NCBI GenBank assembly: GCA_035506295.1 | Contig: DATJPR010000146.1 | Location: 10,233 to 74,232, forward strand | DNA length: 64,000 nucleotides | Origin: Bacteroidota bacterium | GTDB lineage: Bacteria > Bacteroidota > Ignavibacteria > UBA10030 > UBA6906 | Direction: 5' to 3' | Shown here: positions 19,568-27,991 of the stretch, piece by piece | Numbering within the stretch: position 1 is the first letter of the stretch | Layout of the letters: each line of letters opens with the position of its first letter | Notes under the pieces: model-generated | The model's input: only the letters and a program-made list of their open reading frames with translations | The model's database searches: none | Told to the model about the DNA's origin: nothing | Made by a program: the position numbers and the translations under genes

Positions 19568-19614
19568 GCACCTTCGAGGATGAGGGGAACGGTGGTATTC
19601 CAGGATTTCTGATG

Positions 19615-19643
19615 ATTCTACGCAAGAATTGTGGCAAAAGCAA
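19615..19643 (-). promoter_or_regulatory. Sigma-70-type promoter for the nucleotidyltransferase-metK-ahcY operon
   Basis: On the minus strand: TTGCTT (19643-19638), a 17-nt spacer, then TAGAAT (19620-19615). It lies about 47 nt upstream of ATG 19567. Confidence 0.45.
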
Positions 19644-19656
19644 GAAGTTTGCGATT

Positions 19657-19685
19657 TTGCATCTCGGGCGCTTTCTGTCTATATT
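19657..19685 (+). promoter_or_regulatory. Sigma-70-type promoter for the fni operon
   Basis: TTGCAT (19657-19662), a 17-nt spacer, then TATATT (19680-19685). It lies about 30 nt upstream of ATG 19716. Confidence 0.5.
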
Positions 19686-19715
19686 CACGAGTAATTGAGC
19701 CAACCCAGCCGCTCC

Positions 19716-20774
19716 ATGGCACTCAAAAAGCCGACCCGCAGTTCAATAACGACATCTAGAAAACAGCAACACGTTGATCTTGTCCTCCAAAAGGACGTGC
19801 GTTTCAAGTCGAAAACTACGGGTCTCGAGAGATTCTCCTTCATCCATAACGCTCTTCCGGAGATCGGATCCGGCGAAATCGATACCTCGGTTGAATTCCT
19901 GGGAAAACGCCTGCGTGCCCCGCTCATCGTCTCCTCGATGACCGGGGGATATCAGGGTGCCCGGGAGATCAATCGAGGAATCGCATCCGTTTGTGCGGAA
20001 TGCGGTCTCGCGATGGGTGTGGGAAGTCAACGCCAGGCATTGGAGGACCATCGATTTCACTCGACGTTCAGCGTCGTCCGAGAAGTTTCCGGGGAGATAC
20101 CGGTCATTGCAAACATCGGTGCGGCGCAGGTTGCCCGGATGAAATCCAGCGACGACGCCGTGCGCCTCATCGACCTGGTGCATGCCGATGCGCTCGCTGT
20201 GCATTTGAACCCCCTCCAGGAGTTGCTCCAGCCTGAAGGTGAACCCGATTTCCGGGGAGTCCTCGAAGGGATCGCCATGCTGGTCAAGTCACTCCGCGTC
20301 CCTGTCATCGTGAAGGAAATCGGCGCTGGAATTTCCGCGGATGTCGCAGAACGTTTGCTTGGCGTAGGCGTTCGATGCATCGACGTCGCAGGGGCAGGCG
20401 GAACAAGTTGGGCCGGCGTGGAAGCCCTGCGCTCGAAAGACAAGGAATTCGCTTCACGGTTTTGGGATTGGGGAATCCCGACAGCAGATGCTCTTCGACA
20501 GGTTGCCACGTTGCGTCGTGCCGGGCACACGTTCACTTTAGTCAGCTCGGGAGGGATCACGTCGGGCCGGGCAATCGCGGTTTCGATCGCCCTTGGAGCG
20601 GACCTTGCGGCTTCGGCTCGTCCGATCCTGCAGGCGCTCACGAACAAAGGCGCGCGTGGCGCGACCGCGCTCATCGCCGATTGGATGAAAGAACTGCGCG
20701 CGATCATGTTTCTCACGGGCTCGCGCACGGTGCGCGATCTTCAGAGCGTTCCGTTGCAGGAAGACCAGGCATGA
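19716..20774 (+). CDS. fni: Type 2 (FMN-dependent) isopentenyl-diphosphate delta-isomerase
   Basis: KQQHVDLVLQKDV, SSMTGG, IVKEIGAGIS and AGAGGTSWA motifs. ATG 19716 is chosen; the track ORF starts at a TTG at 19695. Confidence 0.9.
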   Translation: MALKKPTRSSITTSRKQQHVDLVLQKDVRFKSKTTGLERFSFIHNALPEIGSGEIDTSVEFLGKRLRAPLIVSSMTGGYQGAREINRGIASVCAECGLAMGVGSQRQALEDHRFHSTFSVVREVSGEIPVIANIGAAQVARMKSSDDAVRLIDLVHADALAVHLNPLQELLQPEGEPDFRGVLEGIAMLVKSLRVPVIVKEIGAGISADVAERLLGVGVRCIDVAGAGGTSWAGVEALRSKDKEFASRFWDWGIPTADALRQVATLRRAGHTFTLVSSGGITSGRAIAVSIALGADLAASARPILQALTNKGARGATALIADWMKELRAIMFLTGSRTVRDLQSVPLQEDQA

Positions 20775-21754
20775 ACGACGACTCGCTCGCGCGCTACGCC
20801 GACACACTGCGGTCCATGATCGACCGCCGCACCCGGGCACTTGCATGGAAAGGAAAATCTTCCACGCTCCGTGCCGCCTGCGCCCACGTACTGGAGGGCG
20901 GCGGAAAGAGAATCAGGGGAATGCTTGTTCTGCTCTCCTGCCGGTCCGTCGGCGGGACTGTTCGCCGCTCGCTTGATGCGGCGGTCGCGATCGAAGCGAT
21001 GCACGACTTCACGCTCGTCCACGATGACATCATGGACAACGCGGATTCGAGGCGCGGCAGGCCGACCGTGCACAAGCGGTGGAACGCGAACACGGCGATT
21101 CTCGCAGGGGATGTTCTCCTCGGGCTCGCGTATCGCAGTCTTCTGGGGTGCCCCGGTGATCGTCGCGGCCGGCTGGTCGACGTGTTCACGGAGGGGTTGA
21201 TCGACGTGTGTGACGGTCAGGGGATGGATATGGAACTCGCGCGGCGGACGGATGTCTCGCTTGCCGAGTACTTCGCAATGATCGAAAAGAAGACGGGAGC
21301 TCTTATCGCGACTTCCGCGGAAATGGGGGGCCTGATTGGCGGAGGAACCCCGGCGGAAGTCCGGGCGCTGCGGAAGTTCGGTCACTATCTTGGACGCGCG
21401 TTTCAGCTTCAGGACGATCTGCTGGATGTGGTCGCCGACGAGAAACAGCTGGGGAAGCCGATCGGCGGAGACATCGTGGAGGGAAAGAAGACGTTTCTCC
21501 TGATCTCCGCCGCCGGGCGGGCGCAAGGCGCGGACAAAGAGCTCATCGATCGGGTGTTGCGCCGCGAAGTCCAGCGCGATGTTGTCGGAGCAGTCACCGA
21601 TCTGTTTCAGCGCTACGGGATTCTCGAGGACGCGGAGCGCAGGATCCTCCACGACACCAGGACGGCATCCCGCGCGCTTGACGCCCTGCGGCCGTCGCGG
21701 CCCGTCGCCGTCTTGCGGTGGCTTGCCGGTGCCCTCGTTCATCGAGCATCGTGA
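20771..21754 (+). CDS. Polyprenyl (geranylgeranyl/farnesyl) diphosphate synthase
   Basis: Track ORF 20375..21754 trimmed to ATG 20771 (MNDDSLARYA), which forms an ATGA overlap with the fni stop. First Asp-rich motif: HDDIMDNADSRRG. Second Asp-rich motif: QDDLLD. Confidence 0.85.
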   Translation: MNDDSLARYADTLRSMIDRRTRALAWKGKSSTLRAACAHVLEGGGKRIRGMLVLLSCRSVGGTVRRSLDAAVAIEAMHDFTLVHDDIMDNADSRRGRPTVHKRWNANTAILAGDVLLGLAYRSLLGCPGDRRGRLVDVFTEGLIDVCDGQGMDMELARRTDVSLAEYFAMIEKKTGALIATSAEMGGLIGGGTPAEVRALRKFGHYLGRAFQLQDDLLDVVADEKQLGKPIGGDIVEGKKTFLLISAAGRAQGADKELIDRVLRREVQRDVVGAVTDLFQRYGILEDAERRILHDTRTASRALDALRPSRPVAVLRWLAGALVHRAS

Positions 21755-21760
21755 GGCGTG

Positions 21761-22027
21761 ATGGTCGAACGCACCGTGACAATCAAGAACCGCACCGGAC
21801 TCCACACACGTCCTGCGGCCATGCTGGTGAAAGTGGCGGCGAAATATCAATCCGATTTTTTCATCCGCAAGGACTCCTTTGAGATCAACGGCAAAAGTAT
21901 TATCGGCGTCATGACCCTGGCCGCGGAACAAGGAGCGACGCTCGTGTTTCGCTTCGAGGGACCGGACGAGCAGGAAGCCGCCGAAGCCGTCATCGCACTC
22001 GTTGAACGAGGTTTCGATGAAGAGTGA
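21761..22027 (+). CDS. ptsH: Phosphocarrier protein HPr
   Basis: MVERTVTIKNRTGLHTRPAA (His-15 context) and INGKSIIGVMTL (Ser-46 context). Confidence 0.9.
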   Translation: MVERTVTIKNRTGLHTRPAAMLVKVAAKYQSDFFIRKDSFEINGKSIIGVMTLAAEQGATLVFRFEGPDEQEAAEAVIALVERGFDEE

Positions 22028-23795
22028 CGAGCCGATCATTATCGAGCACAAGCCATCCGGGGAAATTACCTTCCGCGGCGTCGGCGCCGCGCCCGGCATC
22101 GCCGTCGGTCCGGCGTATCTCTACAGCAAGGCAATCCCGCATGTCGAGATGAAGGCGGTCGCGCCGGAGGAAGTGGAGTCCGAACTCGAGCGCCTCAAGG
22201 GCGCCGTTGCCCGTTCGGAAAAAGAGCTGCAGAAGATCCTTGCCTTCGCGGAGCTGAAGCTCGGCGCGCAGAACGCGAAGATCTTCGAAGCGCAAATCAT
22301 GATCCTCGGCGACGGCATCCTGATGGGGACGATCGAGGAACGGATCCGTCACGAACTGCACAACGCGGAATATGTCGTCTTCGACGAGATCGGGAAATAC
22401 AAGAAGCTGATGCTCGCCGCGCCGGACGAATACATGCACGAGCGCGCGCACGACGTCGAAGACGTCATGAACAGGATCATCCGCAACATCCAGGACCAGA
22501 AGCTCTTCTCGAAGCTGGAAGGAGAGACGATCGTCGTCGCGGAAAACCTCACCCCCGCCGACACGGTGATCTTCAGCAGGAACCAGATCCTGGGCTACGC
22601 CACCGATCTCGGCGGCGTAACATCTCATGCCGCGATCATTTCCCGCTCGCTCAAACTGCCCGCCGTCGTCGGCCTGCGCCTCGCAACGCGACATATCCAG
22701 ACGGGCGACATTCTCGCGATCGACGGGTACTCGGGAATCGCCGTCCTCAAACCCGAGCCGGCAACTCTCGACGCTCTCCAACAGAAGGCGCAGCGGTTCC
22801 GCCATTTCGAAGAACAGCTCGTCGACATCGCCCGCCTGGAGGCGGAAACGCCGGACCACCGGAAAATCGAGCTCTCCTCCAACATCGAGTTCCCCGAGGA
22901 AGTCGAGTTCGCGATGGAGAAGGGAACAGCGGGGGTCGGTCTCTACCGGACCGAGAGCCAGCTTCTCGCGAAGGGGACATACCCGACGGAAGAAGAGCAG
23001 TACGAGGTCTACAAGTCGGTCGCCGAAAGCCTCTACCCCCAGCCGGTCATTTTCCGGACCTTCGACATCGGCGGGGACAAAGTCCTTCCCGATTCCACAC
23101 GCGAGCAGAATCCCTTCCTCGGCTGGCGGGGCATTCGTGTCATGCTCGACCGTCCCGAACTGTTCCTGACGCAGCTCCGCGCCATCCTGCGCGCAAGCAC
23201 GAAGAAGAACGTGCGCATCATGTTCCCTATGGTGTCGAAACTCCACGAGATCCACTCCTCCCGCGTCCTGCTTGAACGTGCGAAAAGCGACCTGCGCGCC
23301 CAGTCACTTCCGTTCGACGAGAAGATGAAGCTCGGTGTGATGATCGAAGTCCCGTCTGCGGCCATTATCGCCGAGGACATCGCCGCCGAAGTGGATTTCC
23401 TCAGCATCGGGACCAACGATCTCATCCAGTACCTCCTCGCGGTCGACAGGGACAACAGTTCGGTGTCGGAGCTGTATCAGCAATTCAATCCCGCCGTCAT
23501 CCGCACGTTGAAGATGATCATCGATGCCGGTCACAAGAAACACGTCTGGATCGGCATGTGCGGGGAAATGGCGAGCGACCCGATTGCGACGGTCCTCCTG
23601 CTCGGCCTCGGCATCGACGAGCTGAGCGTGAACCCGGCAGCGCTTCCGGAAATCAAGAAGATCATCCGGTCGGTGAAGTTCAAAGATGCAAAGCGCGTCG
23701 CCGACAAGATCGTCGCGTTTTCCACCGAGGAAGAGATCAAGGAGTATCTTGCCAGCATCGTGAAGAACAAGGTTCCCGAAATTCCACTTGAATAG
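22017..23795 (+). CDS. ptsI: Phosphoenolpyruvate-protein phosphotransferase (PTS enzyme I)
   Basis: GGVTSHAAIISRSL phospho-His motif, FLSIGTNDLIQY and CGEMA motifs. ATG 22017 is chosen; it overlaps the ptsH end by 11 nt. Confidence 0.9.
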   Translation: MKSDEPIIIEHKPSGEITFRGVGAAPGIAVGPAYLYSKAIPHVEMKAVAPEEVESELERLKGAVARSEKELQKILAFAELKLGAQNAKIFEAQIMILGDGILMGTIEERIRHELHNAEYVVFDEIGKYKKLMLAAPDEYMHERAHDVEDVMNRIIRNIQDQKLFSKLEGETIVVAENLTPADTVIFSRNQILGYATDLGGVTSHAAIISRSLKLPAVVGLRLATRHIQTGDILAIDGYSGIAVLKPEPATLDALQQKAQRFRHFEEQLVDIARLEAETPDHRKIELSSNIEFPEEVEFAMEKGTAGVGLYRTESQLLAKGTYPTEEEQYEVYKSVAESLYPQPVIFRTFDIGGDKVLPDSTREQNPFLGWRGIRVMLDRPELFLTQLRAILRASTKKNVRIMFPMVSKLHEIHSSRVLLERAKSDLRAQSLPFDEKMKLGVMIEVPSAAIIAEDIAAEVDFLSIGTNDLIQYLLAVDRDNSSVSELYQQFNPAVIRTLKMIIDAGHKKHVWIGMCGEMASDPIATVLLLGLGIDELSVNPAALPEIKKIIRSVKFKDAKRVADKIVAFSTEEEIKEYLASIVKNKVPEIPLE

Positions 23796-23807
23796 ACGGA
23801 GAGTACC

Positions 23808-24857
23808 ATGACGGTTGAGCAGATCCAAGGCGTCGATCGTTCCAATATGCTGGGCCTGATCAAGGCGTTCCCGGACAACATTGCGGAAGCCATGCGCATC
23901 GGCTACGAAACGGGCGCGAAGATCAACGCCCGGGGAATTCACAACATCGTGCTGTGCGGGCTGGGAGGGTCGGCGATCGGCGGCGATCTGCTCAAGAGCT
24001 ATCTCGCCGACGAACTCGATGTCCCGTTCCAGGTAAACCGGCATTACACGTTGCCAGGGTTCGTCGGACCGTCGTCGCTGGTCATCATCTCCAGTTATTC
24101 GGGAAATACGGAAGAGACCACGACCGCTCATCGCGAGGCCCTTCGGCGCAAGGCAAAGATCCTCTGCATTTCGTCCAACGGCATCACGGAGCAGGTCGCG
24201 AAGAACAAGAAGACGCCATTCATAAAGATCCCGGGAGGCCTGCCTCCTCGAGCCGCGCTTGCGTATTCCTTCTTTCCTCTCCTGATCGCCCTCGGGAAAT
24301 CGGGGTTCATCAAAGACCGGAAACGGGACATCATGGAAACAATCGGGCTCTTGAGGGAAAAGGGGCCGTCGTATGCCGATCTCAACCCCGACGTGAACCC
24401 GGCGTTGAAACTCGCGGGGCAACTGCAAGGACGGTTGGGAGTCTTCTATTCTTCCACCGAACGCTTCGACGCGGTGAATACGCGGTGGCGGGGGCAGATG
24501 GCCGAGAACGGGAAGACCCTCACGTTCGGCAACGTCCTCCCGGAGATGAACCACAACGAGCTCGTCGGCTGGAAGGTCCTGACCAACCTGATGCGCGAGA
24601 CGCAGGTGGTGTTCCTGCGCGACAAGGAGGACCATCCGCGCGTGCAGAAACGCATGGACGTCACGATCGACGTCCTGCGGCGCTACACCGACCGCATCCT
24701 CGAAGTGCACAGCGAGGGCCGATCCCTTCTCGCGCGGATGTTCTCGCTGATCCATCTCGGGGATTGGACGAGCTTCTACCTGGCCGTCCTCAACGGCGTC
24801 GATCCCACTCCGGTGGAGGTCATCGATCATTTAAAGAGTGAATTGGGAAAGGTGTAA
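23808..24857 (+). CDS. Bifunctional phosphoglucose/phosphomannose isomerase family protein (SIS domain)
   Basis: IVLCGLGGSAIGGDLLKSY and SYSGNTEET motifs. Its size and layout resemble PGI/PMI family enzymes. Confidence 0.8.
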   Translation: MTVEQIQGVDRSNMLGLIKAFPDNIAEAMRIGYETGAKINARGIHNIVLCGLGGSAIGGDLLKSYLADELDVPFQVNRHYTLPGFVGPSSLVIISSYSGNTEETTTAHREALRRKAKILCISSNGITEQVAKNKKTPFIKIPGGLPPRAALAYSFFPLLIALGKSGFIKDRKRDIMETIGLLREKGPSYADLNPDVNPALKLAGQLQGRLGVFYSSTERFDAVNTRWRGQMAENGKTLTFGNVLPEMNHNELVGWKVLTNLMRETQVVFLRDKEDHPRVQKRMDVTIDVLRRYTDRILEVHSEGRSLLARMFSLIHLGDWTSFYLAVLNGVDPTPVEVIDHLKSELGKV

Positions 24858-24861
24858 GGAG

Positions 24862-24963
24862 ATGAGGCTCAGCAAGGAACAGCGGATCGCGCTTGTCGTG
24901 GCGATCTTCGCGCTCGCGCTCATCGTGCTGGTCACCGTCTTCCGGAACGGCACCTCCTGGTAG
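24862..24963 (+). CDS. Possible 33-aa single-pass membrane peptide
   Basis: Below the ORF-track size cutoff. ATG at 24862, TAG at 24961-24963, translation MRLSKEQRIALVVAIFALALIVLVTVFRNGTSW. A purine-rich AAGGAG lies directly upstream. It starts 4 nt after the PGI/PMI stop. Confidence 0.3.
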   Translation: MRLSKEQRIALVVAIFALALIVLVTVFRNGTSW

Positions 24964-24967
24964 CCGG

Positions 24968-24996
24968 TTGCAACTCCCGGCCATTGATGCTATCTT
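24968..24996 (+). promoter_or_regulatory. Possible sigma-70-type promoter for the Omp85-fusion operon
   Basis: TTGCAA (24968-24973), a 17-nt spacer, then TATCTT (24991-24996). It lies 54 nt upstream of ATG 25051. Confidence 0.35.
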
Positions 24997-25050
24997 GCAA
25001 AGGACCCGCATGACCATCGGCGGTCTTCGACTGTGCAGGAGGAAGTGAGG

Positions 25051-27870
25051 ATGAAGTCCTGGACTCTGGCCTTTCTCATACTGTTCCTGTTCCCCGCCGC
25101 GGCAACCTCGCAATTCTATTTCTTCGGACGGAACAAAGTCCAGTACACGGACTTCGAGTGGCACGTCCTGAAGACCAAGCATTTCGACATCTACTATTAT
25201 CCGGAGATGAAGGATCTCGCCGAGTACGGCGCATCCTTCGCCGAGGAGAGCTACACTCTTCTCGAGAAGAAATTCAACCATTCCGTCAACTCGCGCATCC
25301 CCCTCATCTTCTACAGCTCCCACCTCCACTTCGAGCAAACCAATACCACTGCCGGGTTCATCCCCGAGGGCGTCGGCGGGTTCTTTGAGTTCGTGAAAGG
25401 ACGGGTCGTCATCCCTGCCGATGGTTCGATCGCGCAGTTCCGACACGTGATCAGGCACGAGCTGGTCCACGTCTTCACCACGAGCAAGATCTACCGCGTG
25501 CTCTCCGAGCACAGGAAATCGAGCGACCGCTTTCCTCCGCTCTGGTTCACCGAAGGACTCGCCGAATACTGGTCCACCGACTGGGATTCCCAGGGCGAGA
25601 TGGTCATGCGCGATGCGGTGCTGAACGGCACCGTTGCAGGGCTCGACGACATGGACCGCATCTACGGATCGTTCCAGATGTACAAGGAAGGGCAGAATGC
25701 GCTGCAGTTCCTCTCGGAGCGGTATGGCGAAGAGAAGATCCTTGCCCTCATGGAGAATTTTTGGAAGGAAACCTCGTTCAGCGACGTCTTCAAAATCACC
25801 ATCGGGAAGAACTACCGGGAATTCGATGAGGAATGGCTGTACGCACTGCGGAAAGAGTACTACCCCCTCCTTCAGGATGAGGATGTCCCCAGCCGCGCAT
25901 CGCGTCCGATCGCGCGGGAGGGATTCAATTCGAAACCGGTGGTGATGGAAGTGGATTCCCTGCGCGAGGTCCTGTTCATCGCCAACCGGACGGGATACAC
26001 GGGCATCTATGAGAAGAACCTGTCATCCAGAGACCCGGAAGACGATGGTGAGCAGATCATCGAAGGGGAACGAAGCGATGAATTTGAAGCATTCCACCTG
26101 CTCCGCGGGAGAATCGATGTTACGAAGCATGGGATCCTCGCGTTCACGACCAAGAGCGGAGAGAACGATGTCCTCTACCTGTACGACGTGAGGAAGGGAG
26201 ACGTCCTCCGGTCGTTCCGATGGCCGAACATCGTCAGTGTCGGGTCGGTCTCCTGGGCGCCTGACGGCATGCGTCTCGCGTTCTCCGCGATCGACAAAGG
26301 CGGCAAGAGCGATCTGTATATGCTGAACACGGAAACAGGCGACACGACCCGCCTCACCAATGATTACTACGACGACCGGGATCCCGCATGGTCGCCGGAC
26401 GGATCGGTGATCGCGTTCAGTTCGGACAGGACGTCGTACGGGTCACGCGGGACCTACAACCTTTTTCTGTACACGATCGCCACGGGTTCGATCGACTATC
26501 TCACTTATGGTCCCTCGAGCGACGACTCCCCGGCGTGGTCGAAGGACGGGAAGCTTCTTGCCTTTACTTCCGACGCCGGCGGTGTCCAGAATATCTGGGC
26601 GATGGACATGCACCAGGACCTCACGGGACCGACGAGGACCATCAAACAGATCACGCGGTTCACGACGTCGGCGTTTGATCCGGCGTGGGATTCGTCCGGC
26701 GATCTCGTCTTTTCGACATTTGAAAAGTACAGTTTCCAGATCCGGTCGCTGAAGAAGGTCAGCGCGGCGTTCGATACCTCGTCCATCTCGCATACCATCG
26801 ACCTGTCATCACGCGAAGAGCAATGGCGGCCCCGACGGATCGCGGGCTTGTCCTCGCTCCAGCGCCTGCGCTATGCCGGCGAGTACAGTCTGGACATCGC
26901 ACAGAGCGCGATATCGACAGACCCGGTGTTCGGCACGACGGGCGGCGCCATCCTGTCCCTGAGCGACATCCTGGGGAACGAAGAGTATTATTTCCTTCTC
27001 TATAACACGGCGCAAACGCAGTCGGAATTTCTCTCGAGCTTCAACATCGCGATCTCCAGGATCTCGCTTGGCCAGAGAACCAACTACGCCTATGGCGTCT
27101 TCCGGTTTGCCGGACGGCGCTACGATCTGACGGACAAGGATGAGTTCTACTACGAGCGTGTCTTCGGTGCGTATTTTACCCTCAGCTATCCCCTGACCAG
27201 GTTCGAACGGATCGAAGCCACCACGAGCATCAGCAATTCATCGAAGCTCGCCGACGTTGCGATCGCCGAAAGGAAAGCGCTGCTGCTTTCCAATTCCCTC
27301 TCGTTCGTTCATGACAACACTATCTGGGGACCGACCGGGCCACTCGACGGCAGCAGATTCAACCTTACGCTCGCCTATACCTCCGACGTCCAGTATTCGA
27401 ACGTGGATTATGTGACGATCATTGCCGATTACCGGAACTATATCCGGCTCGCGACGAGGAGCGCCTTCGCCACCCGGCTCTGGCTCTTCTACAATCACGG
27501 GAAGGAGTCTCGTCAGTTTGTGATGGGCGGAAGCTGGGACCTCCGGGGGTACCCCTTGTGGAGCCTCCATGGTGAGAAGCTCTGGCTGGTAAGCAACGAA
27601 TTGCGTTTCCCGTTTGTCGACCAACTCGCCTTCAAATTCCCGTTCGGCGGGATCGGCTTCTGGGGGATCCGGGGAGCGTTGTTCTTCGATGCCGGCGCTG
27701 TCTGGGACACGCAGTACACGGAGACACTCGGCAGCATGGGCGGCGGCCTCCGCCTGAATCTCGGCGGCATTCTCGTTCTCCGGTTCGATGTCGGCAAGCG
27801 CATCGAGAACAACTTCACGACGATCGAGAATGATTGGTTTACGCAATTTTTCTTCGGATGGGACTTTTAG
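25051..27870 (+). CDS. Outer-membrane fusion protein: gluzincin-like metalloprotease domain, PD40/TolB-like beta-propeller and Omp85 (bacterial surface antigen) beta-barrel
   Basis: The start is at ATG 25051 (MKSWTLAFLILFLFPAAATSQ, a signal peptide) after AGGAGGAAGTGAGG. Protease motifs: HELVH followed by WFTEGLAEYW. PD40-like repeats: DPAWSPDGSVIAFSSDR and SPAWSKDGKLLAFTSDAGG. The C-terminal barrel has LRGY, FFDAGAVW and a terminal Phe. Confidence 0.8.
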   Translation: MKSWTLAFLILFLFPAAATSQFYFFGRNKVQYTDFEWHVLKTKHFDIYYYPEMKDLAEYGASFAEESYTLLEKKFNHSVNSRIPLIFYSSHLHFEQTNTTAGFIPEGVGGFFEFVKGRVVIPADGSIAQFRHVIRHELVHVFTTSKIYRVLSEHRKSSDRFPPLWFTEGLAEYWSTDWDSQGEMVMRDAVLNGTVAGLDDMDRIYGSFQMYKEGQNALQFLSERYGEEKILALMENFWKETSFSDVFKITIGKNYREFDEEWLYALRKEYYPLLQDEDVPSRASRPIAREGFNSKPVVMEVDSLREVLFIANRTGYTGIYEKNLSSRDPEDDGEQIIEGERSDEFEAFHLLRGRIDVTKHGILAFTTKSGENDVLYLYDVRKGDVLRSFRWPNIVSVGSVSWAPDGMRLAFSAIDKGGKSDLYMLNTETGDTTRLTNDYYDDRDPAWSPDGSVIAFSSDRTSYGSRGTYNLFLYTIATGSIDYLTYGPSSDDSPAWSKDGKLLAFTSDAGGVQNIWAMDMHQDLTGPTRTIKQITRFTTSAFDPAWDSSGDLVFSTFEKYSFQIRSLKKVSAAFDTSSISHTIDLSSREEQWRPRRIAGLSSLQRLRYAGEYSLDIAQSAISTDPVFGTTGGAILSLSDILGNEEYYFLLYNTAQTQSEFLSSFNIAISRISLGQRTNYAYGVFRFAGRRYDLTDKDEFYYERVFGAYFTLSYPLTRFERIEATTSISNSSKLADVAIAERKALLLSNSLSFVHDNTIWGPTGPLDGSRFNLTLAYTSDVQYSNVDYVTIIADYRNYIRLATRSAFATRLWLFYNHGKESRQFVMGGSWDLRGYPLWSLHGEKLWLVSNELRFPFVDQLAFKFPFGGIGFWGIRGALFFDAGAVWDTQYTETLGSMGGGLRLNLGGILVLRFDVGKRIENNFTTIENDWFTQFFFGWDF

Positions 27871-27900
27871 CCGTGATGAGGCGTTGAGGAGACTTTGAAA

Positions 27901-27940
27901 GCGTGAGAGTGCGAGAGTGAGGGAGCGCGAGAGTGTGAGA
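27901..27940 (+). repeat. Purine-rich tract with three GAGAGTG repeats
   Basis: GCGTGAGAGTGCGAGAGTGAGGGAGCGCGAGAGTGTGAGA, with GAGAGTG at 27905, 27913 and 27929. It lies in the intergenic region between the Omp85-fusion gene and the BamB-like gene. Confidence 0.5.
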
Positions 27941-27991
27941 CAGCAAGATTTTGGGACTGTAGAACTCTGAGAATGTGAGCCGACAATAAAT

